A stretch of 63,958 nt of DNA, counting the filler, from Octopus bimaculoides (taxonomy: Eukaryota), in assembly GCF_001194135.2 (NCBI RefSeq). It is 7 parts of 7 records of this genome, joined end to end, with 100 filler letters (N's around TTAATTAATTAA, not from the genome) between each part and the next. Parts side by side here need not be neighbours in the genome. Positions count along the whole stretch, not along the records: positions 42,591 to 54,266 come from NC_068998.1; positions 54,367 to 61,448 come from NC_068990.1; positions 61,549 to 62,759 come from NC_068984.1; positions 62,860 to 63,958 come from NC_069001.1; 3 more parts are not named here. One strand, given 5' to 3'. The position numbers and the translations under genes were made by a program. How positions within the stretch are numbered: position 1 is the stretch's first letter; every line of letters starts with the position of its first letter. Positions 53,996 through 63,958 of this stretch are shown in pieces. Under the pieces are notes generated by a model that had not been told where the DNA came from, did no database searches, and saw only the letters and a program-made list of their open reading frames with translations.

Positions 53996-54972
53996 TGTGG
54001 TGGTGGAGAAGGAGAAATGATATGGTGGCTCAGCAGGGTAATCAATGTAAAATGTGGATCAAGAGAACAATATCAAGAATGAAGGATGAATATCAAGTGA
54101 AATGATTCCGGCTAATGAAAAAGATAAGTGGCATCAAGGAACAGCTGGTGAAGTATGCAGTTCTACTTACATTTAATTCCAGCTCCAGAATACTGCAGTT
54201 TGAAAGATTATGATGGTGGTGATATCTTGAAGAGAGAATTAGGTCCAGTTATATATATATATATATNNNNNNNNNNNNNNNNNNNNNNNNNNNNNNNNNN
54301 NNNNNNNNNNTTAATTAATTAANNNNNNNNNNNNNNNNNNNNNNNNNNNNNNNNNNNNNNNNNNNNAGATCTCTTCCACATGAAATCATTAGTTGTTTAC
54401 TTATTCTACAAATGAAGAACATTTATCAATCAATGTAATATTGAGCACTGAATTTTGGTGTTTGACACTAGTGTATATATGTATGTGTATATATTTCATG
54501 TAATGCTAAGAAGTGATGCACAGTACCAGAATTTTTTACTTAAGTCAAATGTACAAACAGCTTCAAATTGTTGTTAGAGTATCTGCATAAGTGGGTTCTA
54601 GACTGGCCCCTTTGTACTGGCATCAAGTTGTATTAGTTGTAATAATGAAGTCAAACTGAATAGTGATATCTTGAAATCATTTAATATGTATGTTTCAGGT
54701 TTTCGTAATATATAACAGGAAGTGTATCCATTACATAAACCTTCCTCAGTTAAAGCATTTTGAGATACCAATGTAATAGATGCATTTCCTATTATATATT
54801 ATGCAAACCTGAAATGTACATAGTGAATGATTTCAAAATATCAGTCTTTAGTTTAACTTCATTATATATACATACATACATACATACATACATATGCACA
54901 CATGTACATACATACATACATACATACATGTATATATACACGCAAACACACACACATACACACACGCACTGG

Positions 54973-55003
<31 letters not shown>

Positions 55004-55263
55004 GTTTATACTATTTGGTAAAGTTGATTCAAAGATCATGTGGAACAGTATTCACAAAGAATTCAATATGTGGTGCACAATACAAGGAATCACTAATTCA
55101 CCTTCACTTCCCAAATATAGTTATCAGTTACCTTTAATTGATATATAATATCTTCATCACCATTTTCCTTTTTCTCTTTTCCTTGTTGTCATGGTTGGGT
55201 TTTTTCATTTATTATTTCACTTGTTTTGCATTACTTACAGAGGATGTAAACTTTCATGCACAA

Positions 55264-55297
<34 letters not shown>

Positions 55298-55359
55298 ACA
55301 CACACACACACACATGTACATACATACATACATACATACATACATACATACATACATAC

Positions 55360-58300
55360 TGTGGAGATGCAATGAGCCGGAAGGAAAGGGCTATGACATC
55401 AAAGGTCAAAGAACCTGACTGGAACAGAAAGGGAAGAGAGAAGTGAGGAAAGCAAGACCAGGGTTGTGCTCTTTCAGCGTGGGGCACTCGCAGTGAACAG
55501 ACATCAACGGAGAAAGCTAGTGGGATTGGTAGTAACAGCTGCTAACATTAGGTGCGATGGGTAGGGCACATGTTTTGGACTTAGTACAGCTGGACAGCCA
55601 GCAACAAGAAGGTAGGTGAACCATATCTTATTTCCCCCACATTACAGTTCCCTCATACTACAAACTATTTTGGCACTCATGTATACATATATTTCTCCAT
55701 TGTTGTTGTCCCCTTCCACAAGATGGCAGTGATGCCATCAGTCCTTTCTATGGCAAAGGAAATGTAGTGGCCTGGATCCGTAAGATCAAGGTAGTGGCCA
55801 GGCTACAAGGCTCTGATGATGTACTTGGTCCCATGGCCCTGTACCTAGAGGGAAGCGCACTGGTGCTGTACCTTGAGATGGACGAGGAAGACCAATTGAG
55901 CATAGCAAAGTTTAAGCAGTGCTTGAGGGAAGCTTATATGGAGGGAACGTATGCCGTGTTTGCTAAGATGGGAATGGTCAGATGGGTAAGAGAACAGATC
56001 AATGAATATGCCACAGAGGTTTGGAGACTGGCCATGCTATCCAGTTTTATTGGAGAGGGTTTGGAGAAGGCAGCATGACTGGCTTTTGTAAATTGCTTTC
56101 CAGATGACATATCGGTGCAACTGCAACAACTGCCAGGCAGTGAGAAAATGCCAATGAGCTCACTTATCACTCAAGGCTGCGAGTCGATACAAAACACTGA
56201 GTGGAAAGCAGTGGTGATGGCAGCTGCAGAAGCCTGCAATGTAGTGAAACAACTGGTAAAGAACGGGGAGAAGAAAACTTCCATGGAGTGACAACGACCG
56301 TTCATGGGCTGGTGCTTCAAGTACCAGGGACTACACATGACAAGAGACTGCATGGAGATGAAACCTGGACCCATTTGCTACTGGTGCAGACAGACTGGGC
56401 ATATCACTCAAAATTGCAGCCAGGGAAAAGGCCACAGGGAAGTTGCTGCCTCTCAAACTTCCCCCACGAGCAAGTAGAGGCACTTGTGCAGTTGCTACCT
56501 GTAGTTGGAGTCATGGTTGGGAGAGAATCATTCAAAGCCCTCATGAATACAGGCTGTATGACATCTCTCATGACCCCAAGGGTGACAAAAAATGGAAGGG
56601 GACAAGTAGGGTTCAGGCGGTCAATGGCAGCAAAATTGGATGTAAGTGTACCAGCGACATGGAGATAGTGGTTTGGGGCACAATATTTTGATTTACCATG
56701 TGGTAAACAGAATTGACATGGTGACGAGAATGGATGCAATCAACTGCTTTGGTGGTGTCAGTATTAGTGGAGGCATGGTTTCATTTGGTGGTGCAGGGGC
56801 ATCATGCACCTTGAGTTTGCAACATGAGAGGGAGCAGTACTCCATGAGGGACTGTACTACTTACACCATTGAGGACAAAGATTTTCAAGTGGTGCTCTAC
56901 AGTCAGTGGTGGACAGTAGAGCAGTGCTGAAAAGGGGAGCCTCTGATGCTGAAGAACAGGCTGAGCTGCTACCAGCATACCTTGAAAGGACATGCCAGGA
57001 GTGAGTTTGAAAGAGAGGCAAAGAGTCAGATTAAAGAGGGTGTCCTTATCCTGTGGAAGGAGGAGGTGGTGAGCAGAGTACTACCACTAATGACAGTGGT
57101 GTAGCCAATAAAGGGCAATATCAGGCCGGTATTGGACTTTCAAGAGCTGGTATTAGACTTTCATGGGCAATGAGGTGACTGACATCTGCAGTGAGATGCT
57201 GTGTGAATGGAGGCAAACAATGAGGGTGGCAATGATTGTCAACAAATTAGCATATTTGCAGCTCTATATGAGTGAGAAATTGTGGCAGTATCAGCTGGTG
57301 CAATATAAGGGTCAGAAATTCTGTTTAACTAGGCTGGTTTCAGGCTAAATTCTGCATAAAAAATCATGCAACAGTGCTCAAGTTTATCCTGGGAAAGGAC
57401 AAAATAAGAAGGGCCACCAATTCCTAAATAGACGAAATCTTGGTAGACTAGACTGTGGTGTCTACCACAGAGGTTGTAAGTCATCAAAAGAAGTTTGGGC
57501 AGATTGCAAAGCCACCAGAGCCAATAGTTGGAGGAGTTACACAGGGGTTCAAACCTCAAAGACATAAAACAGGCTTGTTGGTGTTTCGAAGGAGGAATGA
57601 GATCCTGGGACTGGGTACCAGCATCAGCAAGAGAGAACTATTCAATGTGTGGGATATTAGTGGGTCACTACCCAATCGCAGGATGGCTACAAACAGTGTG
57701 CAGTTACATCAAGAGATGAGCAGAGAGACAAACTGAGAGAGAGTGTGATGGTGATGATGCAGGAGATCCTAGAGAGGACAAGAGCAGAAGACCCAGTAAG
57801 AGGAAACTGGCACATGCCCAAATTGGAAAATGGGACCGTATGGTGTGATGCTAGCAGCATAGCAGTAGGGATTGTACTGGAAATCGGAGGCCTGGCTTTG
57901 AAAAGTAAACGGTTACAACCATATCAACATGGCTGAGTTGGACACAGTGCTGGAGTGGGTGAATCTGGCCCTGAAATGGGGGATGCACTTTATTGAAATC
58001 TGAACCGATTTGGCCACCATGCGTGGCTGGATAAGGATCAGTGATCACTGATGAAAATGCTGCCTAGGGGTTCTAAGAGAACTAGCTGCCAAATTTGGTT
58101 TGAAGCTGAGCATGGTCTTTGCGCTTTCAGAAAGGAACAAAGCAGACATTCTATCCAGGGTGAGAAAAGCCTGGTTGGAGGAGCCAGAAGATTCAAAGCA
58201 GGGGATTGCTGCAGTGTGTCAGTTAAGTGACTTGAAACTGAGGAGACTGCCTGTCATGCATCATATGGGTGTGGATAGAACCCTGTATCTTGCCAGGAGG

Positions 58301-59479
58301 GTTGACGCTGACATTACTAAACAGAACATCCAAAAGGTGGTTGGAAACTGTGATAGGTATCAATCCTTCAACCCTGCTCCAGGTGTGCATGAACAGGGAA
58401 ACATCTCAGTAGCACACAACTGGAGACGATTGGCAGTGGATGTGACACACTACTGGCAGGGAATGTATCCTTGATGGTCGACTGTGGGACAGGTTGGTTG
58501 GCCATTTAGAGATTACACATATCCTGAACAAGATATTGTTGGAGCGGGGCCCTGTGGATGAATTGCTGATGGACAACAGCACTGCATTTCATTTGGATAT
58601 ACTGAAAGGGATGTTTGATAAGTGGAACATGTGCCACTTCTTCAGAGCAACATACAGACTGAATGGAAATGGGATCGTGGAAAGACATGAATGAATGATC
58701 AAGGCCATGGTAGAGAGGGGTGCATCTCACCATCAGAAGCAGTATTCTGGTACAATATGCCGCCCCAATGAGGACAGGCCAAAGTGTCTGTGCCACACAG
58801 CGTGATATTCAGATATGAATGATGGCATCTGAGTAAACCATCAGAATGCCCTGCAGAAAAGAGAGGGCTTGTCTTTGTGGAGGTAGGAGATGAAGTGTGG
58901 GTCAAGCCTCCGAAGGCATGTTGCATATCTCAGTGGTACAGAGGAAGTGTCGGCTGTTAATTACAAAAGTAATGTTTTTGTGAATTGAATATTGCATCAC
59001 CTCTTGAATGTTCACAGAACTGTCGCTTTGTTGGATGATGAAGATGGAGGAGAGGAAGAGATTGAGGCTCCCTCCCTATGGAGATCATAGCATGTGAGGT
59101 GTCCATCTGGGTAGATGGCAGATTTTGACATGGAGTAAAGTGAGGAGGTGATCTTTGAGATCAGAGGATGCACGTGGGGGAATGAGATGAGCCAGAAGGA
59201 AAGAGCAGTGACGTCAATGGTCAAGTGGCCTGACCGGAGCAGGAAGTGGCGAGAGAGGAAGTAAGGGAAGCAAGACCAGGGTTGTGCTCTTTCAGCGTGG
59301 GGCACTCGCAGTGAACGGACATCAGTGGAGTGAGCTAGTGGGATTGGTAATAACAGTTGATAACATCAGGTGTGACAGGTAGGGCATGTATTTTGGACTT
59401 ATTACAGCTAGACAGTCAACAACAAGAAGGTAGGTGAACCATATCTTATTTCCCCATGTTACAGTTCCCTTGTACTACA
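55360..59479 (+). mobile_element. Near full-length degenerate Gypsy LTR retrotransposon; LTRs 55360-55662 and 59173-59479
   Basis: Both LTRs end in …tactaca. Internal order is gag, CCHC knuckle (CYWCRQTGHITQNC), protease (ALMNTGC), RT, RNase H (VWCDASSIAVG), integrase (HHMGVDRT…C..Y, LAVDVTH, LLMDNSTAF, NGIVER). A purine-rich tract precedes the 3' LTR. Confidence 0.93.
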
Positions 59480-59619
59480 AAGACATACATACATACATAC
59501 ATACATATATATGTGCATATGTTCTTTTCTTTAAATGATGGTCTCTCAAGTCTGATAATCATGGTTCAGCAATTTCTTGTTGAACAACCTGCACAGATGA
59601 TGTGTTTGTAATGATTAAA

Positions 59620-59790
59620 TGTATGTGCTGTTCATAAACTTACTCCCTGCATCAAATCGAATTTACCTGTACAGGTTCTCTGCATGCCATACAGCAGGTG
59701 TCAAAATGATTGCAAAACAATGTGATATAACGCACTGCCCAGTTTAGGAATCAAACCCACAATCTTGCAAAGTCTCTATCTACACAGCCA
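59620..59790 (-). mobile_element. Degenerate tRNA-derived SINE
   Basis: Minus-strand head ggctgtgtagatagagact…gggtttgattcctaa. Confidence 0.5.
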
Positions 59791-59852
59791 TGCCAATATT
59801 TCTATGTATGTTTGTGTACGTATATATACACATACACACACACACATACATA

Positions 59853-60250
59853 TACTCTTTTACTCTTTTACTTGTTTCAGTCACTTGACTGTGGCCATGC
59901 TGGAGCACCACCTTTAGTCGAGGAAATCGACCCCAGGACTTATTCTTTGGAAGCCTAGTACTTATTCTATCGATCTATTTTGCTGAACCGCTAAGTTACG
60001 GGGACATAAACACACCAGCATCGGTTGTCAAGCGATGTTGGGGGAGGGGACAAACACAGACACAGAAACACATACACACATACATATATACGACGAGCTT
60101 CTTTCAGTTTCTGTCTACCAAATCCACTCACAAGGCTTTGGTCGGCCCGAGGCTATAGTAGAAGATACTTGCCCAAGATGCCACGCACTGGGATTGAACC
60201 CGGAAACATGTGGTTGGTAAGCAAGCTACTTACCACACAGCCACTCCTAC
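59853..60250 (-). mobile_element. Full-length family A SINE
   Basis: Reverse complement of the 2226-2590 family; tail ttactcttttactcttttac. Confidence 0.9.
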
Positions 60251-60517
60251 GCCTACAAATATAAATATATATATGTGTGTGTGTGTGTATATGTATATGT
60301 ACAAATATTTATATACACACACACATACACATATACAAACTCTTTAGAAGGGCTGAATCCTGGAAGTACTGTAATACCAGGACAACCCATGGTAAAGGTG
60401 GAGCAAGCCCCTAACTCTTTGCCTCATTCTAAAAATCAGTTTAATATTGATGGCTCCCACGCAGGCAACTTGGGTTTAATTCCCAGTCAACTGATGCAAT
60501 GTTAAAATATAAATATA

Positions 60518-60705
60518 CATCATCATTTAACATCCGCTTTCCATGCTATCATGAGATGGACGATTTGACTGAGGACTGGTGAACCAGATGGCTACACCAG
60601 GCTCCAATCTGATTTGGCAGTTTTTTTACAGCTGGATGCCCTTCCTAACGTCAACCACTCTGAGAGTGTAGTGGGTGATGTTAAATGATGATGATGATGA
60701 TGATA
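60518..60705 (-). mobile_element. Family D retroposon fragment with an inverted copy of its own tail
   Basis: catcatcatttaacatc at 60518 and its reverse complement gatgttaaatgatgatg at 60677. Confidence 0.8.
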
Positions 60706-60883
60706 ATAAATGTATGTCAACTATACATAATAAATGTTTAATTACATACATCTATATATAAATACATGCATGCTTACATACTCACACACACATGCACACA
60801 CACATACATGCACACACACACATGCACGCGCGCGCGCGCACACGCACACACACACACACACATACAGACCTTGAAGAGAGGAG

Positions 60884-60932
60884 GCTTGACACTGATGAGG
60901 TCACAAACAGTGATGAAAGGGCTTTGACAAAC
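60884..60932 (+). ncRNA. Degenerate minimal type I hammerhead-ribozyme-like motif
   Basis: gcttgaca-CTGATGA(60892-98)-G-GTCAC-aaaca-GTGAT-GAAA(60915-18)-gggCTT-tgacaaac. Stem I 6/8 paired, stem II 5 bp with one G-U pair. Confidence 0.5.
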
Positions 60933-61339
60933 TGAAAACTGATTGATTGTTTAACAAACACATTAAACAAATGATCGAGTAGTTAGCTGGTTAGCTATTT
61001 AGCCAATAAAGACTAACAATAAAGAGGCATAATGACCCTCCCAAGACACAAGATTTATTTCAACACACAAATTCACATCAAGAACCTTGCAAGCCAAACA
61101 CAAAACTGAGGTAAGATATATATACATATATATACATATATATATATATACCCCCTCCACCGGAAGCTCATTCTTCTGTCATCCTGTCATCCTGTCATCC
61201 TCGGCTGTCTCCCGGAACCCATCTAGTGGCCTTGGCCATCCTCTCCCCTACCTCTGGGTAGTGCATTAAGTTTGAGAAATGTTTGCAGGTTGTAGGTACT
61301 GTTTTGCTTATGAATTCTTCCAATTGCAAGTTTTCTTTT

Positions 61340-61448
61340 CAGGTACACGACACTGCTTTTCCCCTTCCCAGGCTACAGGCCCACACCCCCAACACCCATA
61401 CTGTTAGGATTGGCACTCTCAACGTCGGCACGCTGAAAGGTAGATCTG
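61340..61448 (+). mobile_element. RTE LINE 5' end (start of the APE endonuclease), cut by a gap
   Basis: TVRIGTLNVGTLKGRS. Confidence 0.8.
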
Positions 61449-61548
61449 NNNNNNNNNNNNNNNNNNNNNNNNNNNNNNNNNNNNNNNNNNNNTTAATTAA
61501 TTAANNNNNNNNNNNNNNNNNNNNNNNNNNNNNNNNNNNNNNNNNNNN

Positions 61549-61934
61549 CTCCAAGCCTGTCTAATTCTGGGCACCCATTTTGCCTTGATCCCAAAGTCGC
61601 TAACTACTAATCTATGTTGTGGGGTACATTCTTCGCCAGGGTAGGTTTTGGCATTTATAAGCCGCCCTCTTTCCCTATTTCTGGCGAGGATGTAGTCAAT
61701 TTGGCTAGAGTGTCTGCCGGAGCGGTAGGTGACTAGGTGACTGGCAGGTTTCCTGAAGTTGGTATTGCAGACCATAAGATCGGTTGCATCACAGAACTCC
61801 AGCAGTCTGGTTCCCTCCTCGTTGCGGGAACCGAAGCCATAGCCTCCATGTATGCCATGGAAGCCTCCAGCACGACATCCGACATGACCGTTGAAGTCTT
61901 CAAGACGTCCGACATGACCGTTGAAGTCTCGCAA
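61549..61934 (-). mobile_element. RTE LINE APE endonuclease C-terminal half with a ~30-bp internal tandem duplication
   Basis: DFNGHVG (duplicated)…GYGFGSRNEEGTRLLEFC…NTNF…QIDYIL…QHRLVV. Confidence 0.92.
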
Positions 61935-61953
61935 GGGAAGTGTACTGGAACAG

Positions 61954-62421
61954 TCACTCTAACTCATGAGGCTTGCATTTATGTATAGCCATCTCCACCC
62001 TGGTGAGCAGGGATATGGTCAGTGAGCCAAGAACACCAGATGCCTCCACTGCCACAGGCTCAACCATAAACCTGTCAGAGAGCAACCAATACTTCGACAG
62101 TTCACTTTTCTCAGCCTGACAAGCAAGGGAGCCTGGGCTGGTAGCTGAACACACCAAGTTGCTGCTGGAGAAGGTGTCACAGTTTGTGACATCCCAAATA
62201 AAGGGCCTACTGCCATAGAAGAGGAAAACTGTCATACCATCAAACTTTTTATTGTCCCCTTGGTCTAGCCCTATCAGCTTCAGCAGGGAAGGGAAGCCTG
62301 CAGCATCTAGTCCATACTTTATGTTTTCATTAAGGGTGGCATGGCATGGAAGGGGGCCACCACTATAGTGACATGACAATAGTTGGAGGATCTGCAGTGA
62401 CAGTTGGTGCTGTCCACTCAT
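61954..62421 (-). mobile_element. CRE-clade-like non-LTR fragment (restriction-like endonuclease domain)
   Basis: HATLNENIKYGLDAAGFPS…GLDQGDNKKFDGMTVF…IWDVTNCDTF…AEKSELSKY…FMVEPVAVEASGVLG resembles the PD-(D/E)xK RLE of CRE elements. Confidence 0.75.
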
Positions 62422-62689
62422 GATGGAGGAAAACTATAACTGACTATTAAGAGCATTGTGCAAGGAGACAAATTTATACTTTTCAGTTGTGGCTACACTA
62501 GTGACTAATGAGCCCAGCCTTTGATATACATATATATCCACATATTATAGACCAAGCTTTCACAATCACTGTGTTAGCTGTTTTTTTGAGCAGTTTGCTT
62601 AAATTCTGCCTGAAAAATACATGCCTTCTTGAAAACACCCAGTCCTTTCCGTATTTGTTCCTTTCACCGGAGTGTGCGTGTGCGCGCGC

Positions 62690-62759
<70 letters not shown>

Positions 62760-62859
62760 NNNNNNNNNNNNNNNNNNNNNNNNNNNNNNNNNNNNNNNNN
62801 NNNTTAATTAATTAANNNNNNNNNNNNNNNNNNNNNNNNNNNNNNNNNNNNNNNNNNNN

Positions 62860-63192
62860 GAAAGTTGACCTCAGCAACTTTCGAACGCAGAACGTAAAGC
62901 CAGAAGAAATGCTGCTAAGCATTTTGTCCGACGCTCTAAAGATTCTGCCAGCTCACCACCCTAATAATAATAATCTTTTTTTTTCTACTCTTGGCACATG
63001 GCCCGAAATTTTGGGGGAGTGGGACAGTCGATTAGATCGACTCCAGTACGCAAATGTTTCTCAATTTAACGACTCCGAAAGGATGAAAGGCAAAGTCGAC
63101 CTCGGCGGAATTTGAACTCAGAACGTAAAAACGGACGAAACGCCGCTAAATATTTTGGCCAGCGTGCTAAGGATTCTGCCAGCTCGTCGCGG
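62860..63192 (-). mobile_element. Two family B SINEs
   Basis: ggcaaagtcgacctcggcggaatttgaactcagaacgtaaa. Confidence 0.9.
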
Positions 63193-63214
63193 TAACAATA
63201 ATAAAAATAATAAT

Positions 63215-63660
63215 TTTATGGCATGCACAGCTCTCTCACTCAACCACCTTGCAAAATACTCATTCAAGGAGGTTAGCAGCTCCCTCTTCATTAACTTGAG
63301 AAAATAATCAATGATATCTCTACTGAAGAAAATCTCTGTCTTCAGACCTTTCAAGCTCGTACACTACACTTTTACTGTAATTTTCTGGGATAAGAAATCT
63401 ATCTTCTCAGTCCGGTTAAAAGAAGGTGACAGATAGCCATCTCGATGGATTCAGCGAATAACCGGATCCCTCCCACAAGTGACAGCTGCTGTTCAACACA
63501 ACCCCACGTGTCAGCAATGTCCAGGCACTGAATAAATGTATGCAGAATGTGCGCATTTCGGATAGACTCATTTGACGGCACTTCAGCGTCGGTTAAGTTT
63601 ATCTTGAACCGATAAAGCCTCTCTTTAGCGCTGCCAGATCGAAGGCTTCTGGAAGTTATT
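63215..63660 (-). mobile_element. Tx1/L1-like LINE C-terminal fragment
   Basis: ILHTFIQCLDIADTWGCVEQQLSLVGGIRLFAESI…YFLKLMKRELL…FARWL. Confidence 0.6.
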
Positions 63661-63749
63661 AAATTATTTATTTCTTTATTGCCCACAGGGGGCTAAACAT
63701 AGAGGGGACAAACAAAGACAAAGGGATTAAGTCGATTACATCGGCTCCA

Positions 63750-63958
63750 TCATCATCATCATCATCATCATCGTTTAACGTCCGCTTTCCATGCTAGCAT
63801 GGGTTGGACGATTTGACTGAGGACTGGTGAAACCGGATGGCAACACCAGGTTCCAGTCTGATTTGGCAGAGTTTCTACAGCTGGATGCCCTTCCTAACGC
63901 CAACCACTCAGAGAGTGTAGTGGGTGCTTTTACGTGTCACCCGCACGAAAACGGCCAC
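63750..63958 (-). mobile_element. Family D retroposon, runs off the window end
   Basis: catcatcatcgtttaacgtccgctttccatgctagcatgggttggacg…. Confidence 0.85.

Noticed and set aside
53494-54045. 183-aa minus-strand ORF
   Set aside because: It arises from strong purine/pyrimidine strand bias and a (GA)n tract, and has no motifs.
54171-54225. 55-nt minus-strand exon candidate (YHHHHNLSNCSILELELN) with good splice sites
   Set aside because: Isolated, adjacent to a spacer, and no partner exon or homology was found.

Overview
This is a repeat-rich, AT-rich animal genomic window. The SINE families, the microsatellite load and the Otx exon point to an octopod cephalopod; that assignment is an inference. 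The window has 10 N-gaps. Six of them are identical 100-bp spacers (44 N + TTAATTAATTAA + 44 N), so long-range contiguity is uncertain. I can support host coding exons for only two genes. One is a membrane protein with a Sushi/CCP exon (19242-19530) spliced in phase to a transmembrane exon (20760-20850). The other is the first coding exon of an Otx/orthodenticle gene (40462-40585); I could not find its homeobox exons in the window. Most of the rest is decayed transposon sequence: two Helitrons, a Penelope-like element (PLE), two mariners, two Gypsy LTR elements, RTE, Tx1, R4/Dong and CRE non-LTR fragments, a probable Harbinger relic and many tRNA-derived SINEs. Most ORFs in the supplied track are microsatellite or TE artefacts. 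The most interesting observations are (1) three minimal hammerhead-ribozyme-like cores (CUGAnGA-G-GUCAC-loop-GUGAY-GAAA), two of them forming an inverted pair just upstream of the CCP exon and one at 60.9 kb; (2) a near-perfect 131-bp inverted repeat at 25.8-26.2 kb; (3) a nearly TE-free, microsatellite-built domain around Otx exon 1; and (4) an abrupt switch to CpG-depleted DNA at the 42.5-kb scaffold spacer. No rRNA, bona fide tRNA gene or CRISPR array was seen.
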